Origin: a bacterium
Lineage (GTDB): Bacteria > Patescibacteriota > Patescibacteriia > Patescibacteriales > JAKAJF01
Assembly: GCA_021788015.1 (NCBI GenBank)
Contig: JAJYLD010000005.1
Coordinates: 349-64,348 of the forward strand
Direction: 5' to 3'
Length of the DNA: 64,000 nucleotides
Made by a program: the position numbers and the translations under genes. The notes below the pieces were generated by a model. It made no database searches. It worked only from the letters and a program-made list of their open reading frames with translations, and had not been told where the DNA came from. Within the stretch, counting starts at the first letter, position 1, and every line of letters begins with the position of its first letter. Below, piece after piece: positions 46,438 to 53,581 of the stretch.

Positions 46438-47046
46438 ATGAAACAACATCAAAGCAAAGAAAGAACTTTGGTAATCATAAAACCGGACGGAATTCAGAGA
46501 TCTCTGATCGGAGAAATCATAAAACGCTACGAAAGAGTCGGCCTTAAATTGGTCGCCGCGAAAATGCTGGTTCCCACGCCCGAGCATATCGAGAAGCATT
46601 ATACTTTGGATCCGGAGTGGCGCAGAATCACCGGCGAGAAAACCATAAAAGGATATAAAGATAAGGGCTTGACTCCGCCCTCGGAAGATCCGTACGAAAT
46701 TACCGCAAAAATTTTGGAAAACGGAAAAAAATTCATGACCGCCGGTCCGGTTATCGCCATGGTTTGGCAAGGAGCGCACGCGGTTAAGATAGTAAGAAAA
46801 ATTACGGGGAGCACTGAACCGCTGACTTCGGACATGGGTACGATCAGAGGCGATTTTGTTTTAGATTCATACGAGATGAGCGATCAGGACGATCGCTTTG
46901 TCAGAAACCTCGTTCACGCTTCCGGGTCGGTAAACGAAGCGGAAATGGAAATAAAGCACTGGTTTAAAGACGAGGAAATTATCAATTACAATTTGGTTCA
47001 GGAAAAAATTCTTTACGATGTGAATTTGGATGGGATATTGGAATGA
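46438..47046 (+). CDS. ndk: Nucleoside diphosphate kinase (long form)
   Basis: ERTLVIIKPDG and NLVHASGS (active-site His). Confidence 0.85.
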   Translation: MKQHQSKERTLVIIKPDGIQRSLIGEIIKRYERVGLKLVAAKMLVPTPEHIEKHYTLDPEWRRITGEKTIKGYKDKGLTPPSEDPYEITAKILENGKKFMTAGPVIAMVWQGAHAVKIVRKITGSTEPLTSDMGTIRGDFVLDSYEMSDQDDRFVRNLVHASGSVNEAEMEIKHWFKDEEIINYNLVQEKILYDVNLDGILE

Positions 47047-47070
47047 TTTTAAAAGATTTAAAATTTATTT

Positions 47071-47102
47071 GTAGACACATGATTAATCATGTGTCTACTT
47101 TT
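47071..47102 (+). terminator. Terminator hairpin after ndk
   Basis: GTAGACACATGATTAATCATGTGTCTAC plus TTTT. The core ACATGATTAATCATGT recurs at 63710-63735. Confidence 0.75.
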
Positions 47103-47209
47103 ATGTGGAAAACTCTAAAATGGTTTTAAACCGCTCAAAAATTTAATCTTATTTTAAAGAAAAAAAATCATGTTGACTTTTGCCGGGATTTTAGCTAAAT
47201 TAAAAAAGT

Positions 47210-47329
47210 ATGATAAAAGCCGTAATGACAACTGAAAAAATGATTAAGAATATTATTGCTCTCTTCGTAGGCATTTTTGTCATTGCCCATGAAGTTTTGG
47301 CGGCCAGGAATCATATGATAACGGAATAA
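47210..47329 (+). CDS. 39-aa single-TM peptide (hypothetical, near-leaderless)
   Basis: TTGACT(47173)-17-TAAATT(47196), then ATG 8 nt later. IIALFVGIFVIA TM. Terminator GGCCGCCgaaaaatcaGCGGTCtttt follows. Confidence 0.4.
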   Translation: MIKAVMTTEKMIKNIIALFVGIFVIAHEVLAARNHMITE

Positions 47330-47450
47330 AAATAATTTACATAGATTCGAAAGGCCGCCGAAAAATCAGCGGTCTTTTAAATTGATCTTTACAATTTTTA
47401 TTCAGGCAAGGGCGGATTTATCGATATAAATTCTAAGAATTGGAGGATGT

Positions 47451-47615
47451 ATGGCCGAAAAGAGCGGAGACTCGAACGAAGTAGTTGACCCGGTTGATAT
47501 CGGGACAATGGAATTTTCAGAATTTGCCGGAGAAGAAGTGCTGAGAAATCTGGCAAAAAGTGCGGTCCGAGACCAAAAAAAAGATAGATACAAGGAGGGA
47601 ATCGGTGAGTATTGA
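47451..47615 (+). CDS. 54-aa acidic protein (hypothetical), first gene of a 3-gene cluster
   Basis: GGAGGA SD 4 nt before the ATG. Overlaps the next gene start by 11 nt. Confidence 0.5.
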   Translation: MAEKSGDSNEVVDPVDIGTMEFSEFAGEEVLRNLAKSAVRDQKKDRYKEGIGEY

Positions 47616-48210
47616 AACAATGGGCGACGGGACTAAAGCGGCTAGGCTTTCGGATTGGTCTGTAGCGGATGAAAAGCGGGAGCGTCGCCAAAAGCAGTGC
47701 GAAATCTTGCTGAACAGCATCAAGGAATTTGCTGTCCATTTAAAGGTTTTAAACAGTAACGGCGGTGACAAAAATTTAGCCTTGTATCGCGGAGCCGATC
47801 TGGTCTCGCGCATCATACCGATTCAGGTAATCGAGCTTAGAAGGTTCATGGATGACAATGTTGTAAATATGGTTGTGAAAACGATGTACAAGGAGCTGGC
47901 TCGCTCACTCGAAACCGCCTCCGTTTCTCTGTTTACGGAAACGGCTCAATTACTAATGGGCGAACCGGCAAGAAAAAAAGTTACCCTCGATCCGGGCAAA
48001 ATTTTCAGGAGCATTCGGCACGTCCGGAGTGCTCTAAAAACGGGGCATATCATCGCTGTCCGGAAACAGGAAAAAGGGTTCATTATAATAATGGGCCCCG
48101 TACACGAAGGCAAAAAAGACGAATTAATAAACGAATTGATAAAAAACCCAGAAACAAAAGAGTTCGTCTTGGTGCATAACGGAAAAAAACGAAAGCCGGC
48201 CGAGGTTTAG
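47605..48210 (+). CDS. Hypothetical protein (about 201 aa)
   Basis: AAGGAGGG SD 5 nt before GTG 47605. The C-terminal ~60 aa resemble the downstream 84-aa protein. Confidence 0.55.
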   Translation: MSIETMGDGTKAARLSDWSVADEKRERRQKQCEILLNSIKEFAVHLKVLNSNGGDKNLALYRGADLVSRIIPIQVIELRRFMDDNVVNMVVKTMYKELARSLETASVSLFTETAQLLMGEPARKKVTLDPGKIFRSIRHVRSALKTGHIIAVRKQEKGFIIIMGPVHEGKKDELINELIKNPETKEFVLVHNGKKRKPAEV

Positions 48211-48219
48211 GGGGAGTAA

Positions 48220-48474
48220 ATGCTACCGATAGGAAAGCCGATCGATCTGGACAATATCATGGGGATGCTTAGAAAGGGCCGAGCTGTTGTGGTTGCCAAA
48301 GTCTTCGAGAACGACTCTTCATGGTTCGAAGTTTGTTCCAAAGAGGTTACCACCCTTAAGGGCATAACTCAAGCTTTGGCTTCAGCCGGAAAGAAATATT
48401 CCGAGACCCAGATTTTCGTAATCGGGAACTACGGAAAAACAGAGAAGCGTAAGCCTGAAACGGAAAAGATTTAA
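48220..48474 (+). CDS. Hypothetical protein (84 aa), related to the C-terminus of 47605-48210
   Basis: GGGGGAG SD. Pattern L.KG..V.V.K......F.........L...L.......E..IFV..N.GK..KRKP is shared with the upstream protein. Confidence 0.5.
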   Translation: MLPIGKPIDLDNIMGMLRKGRAVVVAKVFENDSSWFEVCSKEVTTLKGITQALASAGKKYSETQIFVIGNYGKTEKRKPETEKI

Positions 48475-48521
48475 TCTTTTCCTCTTTTTTCAAATCACAA
48501 AATTATATATATAAATAAGAT

Positions 48522-48648
48522 ATGAATCCCGTTAGAAGCCGCGATCGCTTTTAGGGGGAGTCAAAAAACAAAAATAAAAAAATAAATAATTTTAAAATAT
48601 CATGCAGATCAAAAATTTTTGATCGCGATCTGCTTCTAACGGGATGAA
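48522..48648 (+). repeat. Family A start-codon hairpin element, copy 5
   Basis: ATGAA+TCCCGTTAGAAGCCGCGATCGC ... GATCGCGATCTGCTTCTAACGGGATGAA. The terminal ATG 48644 opens the Ile-rich leader ORF. Confidence 0.9.
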
Positions 48649-48721
48649 TTTATTTCAAAGCGCGAAAATTATTTCGATTATTGAGATCATCATTATTGAT
48701 GACCATTTTTGCGCGCTTTGA
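48644..48721 (+). promoter_or_regulatory. Ile-rich leader peptide ORF (25 codons, 8 Ile)
   Basis: MNLFQSAKIISIIEIIIIDDHFCAL. The stop lies inside the candidate antiterminator strand 48714-48726. Confidence 0.7.
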
Positions 48722-48747
48722 AGACGAAAACATAAAAATAAAAGGAG

Positions 48748-48775
48748 CCGTCTTCGAAGCGAGAAGACGGTTTTT
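48748..48775 (+). terminator. Attenuator terminator upstream of cimA
   Basis: CCGTCTTC gaagcga GAAGACGG plus TTTTT. The 5' arm can alternatively pair 13 bp with 48714-48726. Confidence 0.75.
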
Positions 48776-48824
48776 GTATGGATCTTTCAAAACAAAATCG
48801 TTAGAAGATAAAGGAGAACATGAG

Positions 48825-50396
48825 ATGACCGAAATTTATGACACGACTCTTAGGGACGGGGCGCAGACTGAAAATATTTCTTTTTCAGTCCGGGATAAAC
48901 TGAAAATCGCTTGGCGTCTTAAGGAATTCGGCATTCCTTTTGTCGAAGGCGGTTGGCCGAGCGCGAATCCGAAAGACACGGAATTTTTCCAAAAAGCGGT
49001 CGCAACGGATTTAAAAGATGTTTTAGTCGCGTTTGGGAGCACTTTTCATCCGAAGTCGAGAAACGCCGGCGACGACAAGGGGTTGAAAGCTTTGATTCTG
49101 AGTGGAGCGAAGGCGGTTGCAATTTTCGGAAAGACATGGGATTTTCACGTCAGCGACGCTTTGAGAATACCGCTTGAGGAAAATCTTAGAATCATTTTCG
49201 AGTCGGTGAAGTTTTTAAAAAGCCGGCTTGAAAAAGTTTTCTTCGACGCCGAGCATTTCTTCGATGGCTATAAAGCGAATCCGGGATATGCGCTGGAATG
49301 TCTCAAGGCCGCGGAACGGGCGGGAGCGGACACGATCATTCTTTGCGATACCAACGGCGGCGCCCTTCCGGCTGAAGTCGAATCCGTTTTTCGAGACATA
49401 AAGAGAGTCGGCGTTTCGGTCGCTTTGGGCATTCACGCCCATAACGACTGCGAGTTGGCGGTTGCCAATTCTTTGGCCGCGGTAAAAGCCGGCGCCATCC
49501 AGGTGCAAGGCACCATCAACGGTCTCGGAGAAAGGTGCGGTAACGCGAATCTCGTTTCGATAATCCCCACGCTTGAACTCAAACTCGGTGAAAAATGCCT
49601 GCCGCCCGAGAAATTGAACGAACTTCGCGAAACCTCCCTTTTTATAAGTGAAGTTGCCAATGTCGCGCATTCAAAAAGGCAAGCTTATGTCGGTGACAGC
49701 GCCTTTGCGCATAAGGCGGGAATGCATGTAAGCGCGGTGAATCGCAACCCCGAAACTTACGAGCATATTAATCCCGCTTCGGTCGGCAACAAGCGCAGAA
49801 TACTCGTCTCGGATTTATCCGGTAGAAGCAATATCTTGCGCAAGGCCGGAGAAATCGGGATGAAATTGGAGGAAAAATCTCCGCGCGTGCAAGCGATTCT
49901 CGATGAAATCAAGTCGCTGGAAAACCAGGGTTACGCGTTTGAGGCGGCGGACGCTTCTTTCGAGCTTTTGGTCAAAAAAGCGTTTGGCTTTTATCAACCT
50001 TTCTTCGAACTCGTCAGCTCCAGGATCGTTAATTCAAAGAACGGCGGACTTTCCCGGAATGAAGCGACAGTAATGCTTCGAGTCGGGGAGCGCGAGGAGC
50101 ATACCGCCGGAAAAGGAGACGGCCCTATCAATGCCGTTGACGAGGCGTTAAGAAAAGCTCTCGAACGTTATTACCCGATTCTCAAAAAGGTCAGACTCGT
50201 AGACTATAAAGTCACCGTGCTTTCCGAAATTGAAGGCACGTCGGCAAAGGTTCGAGTTTTGATAGAATCGGAAAGCGACGGAGAAAGATGGACCACAATC
50301 GGCGTTTCCACCGATGTCATCGAAGCGTCCCGCCAGGCCTTGATCGACGGAATAGAATATTTTCTTCTTAAAAAAGATGTGAAAGCCCTAATTTAA
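48825..50396 (+). CDS. cimA: Citramalate synthase-like (LeuA/CimA family with C-terminal regulatory domain)
   Basis: IYDTTLRDGAQTENISFSVRDKL.IA..L.EFG..FVEGGWPSANPKD.EFF matches the CimA-type N-terminus as recalled. AAGGAG 8 nt before ATG 48825. Confidence 0.65.
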   Translation: MTEIYDTTLRDGAQTENISFSVRDKLKIAWRLKEFGIPFVEGGWPSANPKDTEFFQKAVATDLKDVLVAFGSTFHPKSRNAGDDKGLKALILSGAKAVAIFGKTWDFHVSDALRIPLEENLRIIFESVKFLKSRLEKVFFDAEHFFDGYKANPGYALECLKAAERAGADTIILCDTNGGALPAEVESVFRDIKRVGVSVALGIHAHNDCELAVANSLAAVKAGAIQVQGTINGLGERCGNANLVSIIPTLELKLGEKCLPPEKLNELRETSLFISEVANVAHSKRQAYVGDSAFAHKAGMHVSAVNRNPETYEHINPASVGNKRRILVSDLSGRSNILRKAGEIGMKLEEKSPRVQAILDEIKSLENQGYAFEAADASFELLVKKAFGFYQPFFELVSSRIVNSKNGGLSRNEATVMLRVGEREEHTAGKGDGPINAVDEALRKALERYYPILKKVRLVDYKVTVLSEIEGTSAKVRVLIESESDGERWTTIGVSTDVIEASRQALIDGIEYFLLKKDVKALI

Positions 50397-50418
50397 TTAG
50401 GGCTTGTTTTTTTTCGCA
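50383..50418 (+). terminator. Terminator after cimA
   Basis: AAGCCCTAATT ta ATTAGGGCTT plus T-run. The stop codon lies inside the stem. Confidence 0.75.
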
Positions 50419-50440
50419 AGTATGATACAATGTGGTCATT

Positions 50441-50521
50441 ATGAGACAAGCCGCACAAAATTTACTACTCGCTTTGTTGCTTTTATCGCCTCGTCGGGTG
50501 GCTTGTTTTCATGCGTTTTAA
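50441..50521 (+). promoter_or_regulatory. Leu-rich leader peptide ORF (26 codons, 7 Leu)
   Basis: MRQAAQNLLLALLLLSPRRVACFHAF, using TTA CTA CTC .. TTG TTG CTT TTA. Confidence 0.65.
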
Positions 50522-50548
50522 GAAAATAGATAAAAATAAAACAGCAAG

Positions 50549-50570
50549 ACCGCCCCAAAAGGCGGTTTTT
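50549..50570 (+). terminator. Attenuator terminator upstream of leuA
   Basis: ACCGCC ccaaaa GGCGGT plus TTTT, 48 nt before ATG 50618. Confidence 0.65.
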
Positions 50571-50617
50571 AAATTGTATAGACCTTTTGAAATTTGAAAA
50601 TTGACAAGGAGGGCGCG

Positions 50618-52225
50618 ATGAATAATTTGATTTTGAACGACGTATCTTTGCGGGAGTCCGGTCAGGTCGAGGGAGGAATGATGAATCCCTCGGATCAAAT
50701 TCGGTATGTTCAGTATCTGCTCGAAGGAGGAATAAATCGAATAGAGATCGGTTTTCCGGGAAGTTCGGAAGAGCAGAAAAGGCAGTGCCAAAGAATAGCG
50801 GAACATGTTCACAAATGGGATGGTACAAAACCGAATCTTTCCGGATTGGCCAGGGCGCACAAAAATGACATCCTGGCGGTCAAAGAAGCGGGCTGCGATA
50901 TGTGCCATATTTACATTCCGGCAAGCGACGAGTTGATGTTGGCCCAATTTCACGCGGAGAAATACGGAACCACAAAAGACGAGAAGCGGAAGCGCATCAC
51001 CGAGACTGCAAAAGAGGCGATCGTTTTTGCCAAATCTCTCGGATTCGCCCATATCGAATATTCTCCGGAAGACGCGGCAAGGGCCGGCAAAGAATTTTTA
51101 AGCTTTCTAGTCCAAGAAGTCGTTGAAGTGGGAGCGGATATCGTAAACATTCCGGACACCACGGGGCTGCGTATCGGCTCGGAATTCGGCGACCTCATCG
51201 CCTATCTCTTCGCCAATGTGGCCGACATAAACAGATCCACGATTTCGGTCCATTGCCATAATGATAGCGATCACTCGACCCATAACGCTCTTCAAGCCGT
51301 TCTGGCGGGAGCAAGACAAGTCGAAGGAGCCTTTTACGGACTGGGAGAACGCAGTGGAATGACAAAATTCGAAGCCCTGCTGATGAACATAAACACAAGA
51401 AGAGATATTTTTAAAAACGTTGAAACAGATTTCGACAAAAGTGTTTGCGTTAAGATCGTCAATTTCGTGGGGCAAGTCTTGGGCATGCCGGTTCCCAGAC
51501 ATTGGGTTGTGGCGGGATCCCAGAATGGCATTGTCAGTTCTGGAACGCATCAGGCGATCGAAGCGCGGGCGGAAGAGCAGGGAAAGGAAAGTCCGTATTA
51601 CAGCTGGAACCCCGGTGAGTACGGGCACAAAGGGGTCGAAGTGGTCGTAACTCAATCTTCGGGTAAGGCCGGTTTGAAAAAAAGACTCGAAAAACTTGGC
51701 TATAATGTTTCCGATATTCAACTCGCAAAAATAAGCGAGCGAGTAAAACAAATTTCGGAAGCAAAATCCGGCACGGCTCTCAAAGATGTCGAGCTTACCG
51801 CCATCGTCCAAGAAGCGATAACGGAAATTCCTTTCCCCATTATGATTAAAAGATGCCAAACCACGGGTGGAAAAGGAACGATCCCGAGCGCGACGGTTGT
51901 TCTCGAAGCGGACAGTCGAATATTTACCGATATCGCCACCGGAGACGGACCTTTCGACGCCGTTATGAAGGCGGTGAAAAGCGCGATCGGAAAAGCGTAT
52001 CCGGAAGTTAAAGAAGCGCAAATTTCTCTTGTCCATTGGCACGCCTCTGCGTTAACTCCGGGCACTAATGCGGTAGCCGACGCTTACGCCCAGATCAAGG
52101 TTGTAAACGGAGGAGATCGAATTTTCTCCGGGAAAGGCGCCGATCCCGACACTATTCAGGCTTCGGCGCAAGCCTTCGCCAATTGTTTCAGTTGGTATCT
52201 GGCCTCCATCAATCAAGCGGATTAA
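50618..52225 (+). CDS. leuA: 2-isopropylmalate synthase-like (LeuA family)
   Basis: DVSLRESGQ (DRE-TIM), HCHNDSDH, C-terminal LeuA dimer/regulatory-like domain. AAGGAGGG SD. Confidence 0.6.
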   Translation: MNNLILNDVSLRESGQVEGGMMNPSDQIRYVQYLLEGGINRIEIGFPGSSEEQKRQCQRIAEHVHKWDGTKPNLSGLARAHKNDILAVKEAGCDMCHIYIPASDELMLAQFHAEKYGTTKDEKRKRITETAKEAIVFAKSLGFAHIEYSPEDAARAGKEFLSFLVQEVVEVGADIVNIPDTTGLRIGSEFGDLIAYLFANVADINRSTISVHCHNDSDHSTHNALQAVLAGARQVEGAFYGLGERSGMTKFEALLMNINTRRDIFKNVETDFDKSVCVKIVNFVGQVLGMPVPRHWVVAGSQNGIVSSGTHQAIEARAEEQGKESPYYSWNPGEYGHKGVEVVVTQSSGKAGLKKRLEKLGYNVSDIQLAKISERVKQISEAKSGTALKDVELTAIVQEAITEIPFPIMIKRCQTTGGKGTIPSATVVLEADSRIFTDIATGDGPFDAVMKAVKSAIGKAYPEVKEAQISLVHWHASALTPGTNAVADAYAQIKVVNGGDRIFSGKGADPDTIQASAQAFANCFSWYLASINQAD

Positions 52226-52240
52226 AAAATCCGCTTTTTC
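52217..52240 (+). terminator. Terminator after leuA
   Basis: GCGGATT aaaaa AATCCGC plus TTTTT. Confidence 0.75.
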
Positions 52241-52483
52241 TTTTTCATTTCAAAAACTTGCAATTTTGCATGCATATGCTATAATTATCCACATATGATA
52301 AGTAAAACAACGCAAAAAATTCATTTCTGGTTTAGATTTAGCTACTTCTTTAGCTCTGATCGGAGATCGGTTTTTTGTGGTGTTTTATATAGGTAGTAAA
52401 ACTCACAAGGGAAAACGAAACTGGCTCCGATCAAAAATCGGAGCCAGTTTTTAAATGTGATCATTTGAAAAAGGAGGGCAGTA

Positions 52484-52639
52484 ATGGACGAGGAGGTGCA
52501 AAATGACGACATTTTATCGGACAAAACAAAAAAAGGAGCGTATTTTTTCGTAAAAACAGCAGGGCTTGATATAAGGCCGGGAGATATGGGAAAAATCGAA
52601 GAAGGAGATAACGACGATGTCGAAAAAACAGGCAATTGA
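52484..52639 (+). CDS. 51-aa acidic protein (hypothetical; below the ORF-track cutoff)
   Basis: AAAAGGAGGG SD 5 nt before the ATG. Overlaps the next gene. Confidence 0.45.
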   Translation: MDEEVQNDDILSDKTKKGAYFFVKTAGLDIRPGDMGKIEEGDNDDVEKTGN

Positions 52640-52793
52640 TTCCAGGCCAAAAGAAGAAAGATTAATAGAAGAGTATACTGAGGCTATCGGGACTGACGCC
52701 AGCAAGGCGCAAGCTGCAAAAGAAGCTCTGAAAAAAGCGGGATTGGGCGACCTAGCGACTTTAATTGAAAATAAGGTTGCCGGCCAAGTTTAA
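52617..52793 (+). CDS. 58-aa protein (hypothetical; below the ORF-track cutoff)
   Basis: GAAGGAG SD. Followed by terminator GCCGTTAcaaatagTAACGGC plus T-run (52794-52821). Confidence 0.45.
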   Translation: MSKKQAIDSRPKEERLIEEYTEAIGTDASKAQAAKEALKKAGLGDLATLIENKVAGQV

Positions 52794-52828
52794 GCCGTTA
52801 CAAATAGTAACGGCTCTTTTTATCGCAG

Positions 52829-52880
52829 AACCTCACCCCAACTCCTCTCCTAGTTCAAGAGAGGGGCCTGACTTGAACAG
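52829..52880. repeat. Family C palindromic unit, intergenic variant
   Basis: aacctcaccccaactCCTCTCctagttcaaGAGAGGggcctgacttgaac. Confidence 0.6.
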
Positions 52881-52911
52881 TTTTTTAATATTTGTTAGAA
52901 TGTAAGCAGAT

Positions 52912-53115
52912 ATGAATCCCGTTAGAAGCCGCGATCGCTTCAACGGGAGTAAAAATTAAAATATAATATTCGCAGAGTGATCCCGATACCACCAATCCTA
53001 TCGGATTTGGCTATGGGACAAGTCCATTGCAAGTAATTTATTATTAATTACGCCTCGCCCCGTAGTCACCGAGTTTACGAGGTGCACTACCGGGGTCTGC
53101 TTCTAACGGGATGAA
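52912..53115 (+). repeat. Family A element, long copy 6, with the structured module (52982-53097)
   Basis: ATGAA+TCCCGTTAGAAGCCGCGATCGC; the module is homologous to 45821-45937; the 3' arm is TGCTTCTAACGGGATGAA. The terminal ATG 53111 opens a 26-codon ORF. Confidence 0.9.
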
Positions 53116-53191
53116 AAGATACTGTGCACAAATGAATAATAACAATAATAACTGGCTCAAGACCGGTTTCTTTTCATGTGTTAAAAAGTAA
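53111..53191 (+). promoter_or_regulatory. Candidate leader peptide with six consecutive Asn codons
   Basis: MKRYCAQMNNNNNNWLKTGFFSCVKK. GACCGGTT (53161-68) inside the ORF is the exact complement of the terminator 5' arm AACCGGTC (53214-21). Confidence 0.4.
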
Positions 53192-53213
53192 GTTAAAAAA
53201 TCACATAAAAAAG

Positions 53214-53242
53214 AACCGGTCGGGCAAAAGGCCGGTTTTTTT
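53214..53242 (+). terminator. Terminator-like hairpin between the Asn-run ORF and the 57-aa gene
   Basis: AACCGGTC gggcaaaa GGCCGGTT plus T7. Confidence 0.6.
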
Positions 53243-53302
53243 GTTTGATCTTTTGGAAAAAAGTTGGGAAATTTTATAAACCGTTTTTTAAAGGAGGGCG
53301 TC

Positions 53303-53476
53303 ATGACGGTAAGAACAGTTAAAGTCAGGGACGAGTTAACCGGACAGAAGGTAGTGGCCAGTATTGAAGAAGTGGGCGGAAGGAGACTTTTGGTTCTGCC
53401 CGGACTTAGGAAAGTGGAACAGCCATTTCCTCCGAAAGAGGAGCCAGCTAAACCGGAAGACGAGCCAAGCAACTAG
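53303..53476 (+). CDS. 57-aa protein (hypothetical)
   Basis: AAAGGAGGG SD 4 nt before the ATG. Terminator GGCAAGCaaaaacaGCTTGCC plus T-run at 53476-53506. Confidence 0.5.
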   Translation: MTVRTVKVRDELTGQKVVASIEEVGGRRLLVLPGLRKVEQPFPPKEEPAKPEDEPSN

Positions 53477-53517
53477 GCAAGCAAAAACAGCTTGCCTTTT
53501 TTATTTGCGGAGCACGA

Positions 53518-53546
53518 TTGCAATTTATGAAATAAAAATGTAAGAT
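53518..53546 (+). promoter_or_regulatory. Promoter-like TTGCAA-17-TAAGAT upstream of the tRNA locus
   Basis: -35 at 53518-23, -10 at 53541-46, about 35 nt before 53582. Confidence 0.4.
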
Positions 53547-53581
53547 ATGTCTAGATATTTTAATTTAAAATCGAATAATTT

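Noticed and set aside
48798-48806. CGTTAGAAG in the cimA leader matches the family A arm and could pair with the 3' arm.
   Set aside because: A 9-nt match is too short to distinguish from chance in this composition.
48681-48824. The ORF-track start (TTG 48681) would extend cimA by 48 codons.
   Set aside because: The extension runs across the attenuator terminator and has no SD. AAGGAG 8 nt before ATG 48825 and the conserved MTEIYDTTLRDG N-terminus favour the shorter gene.
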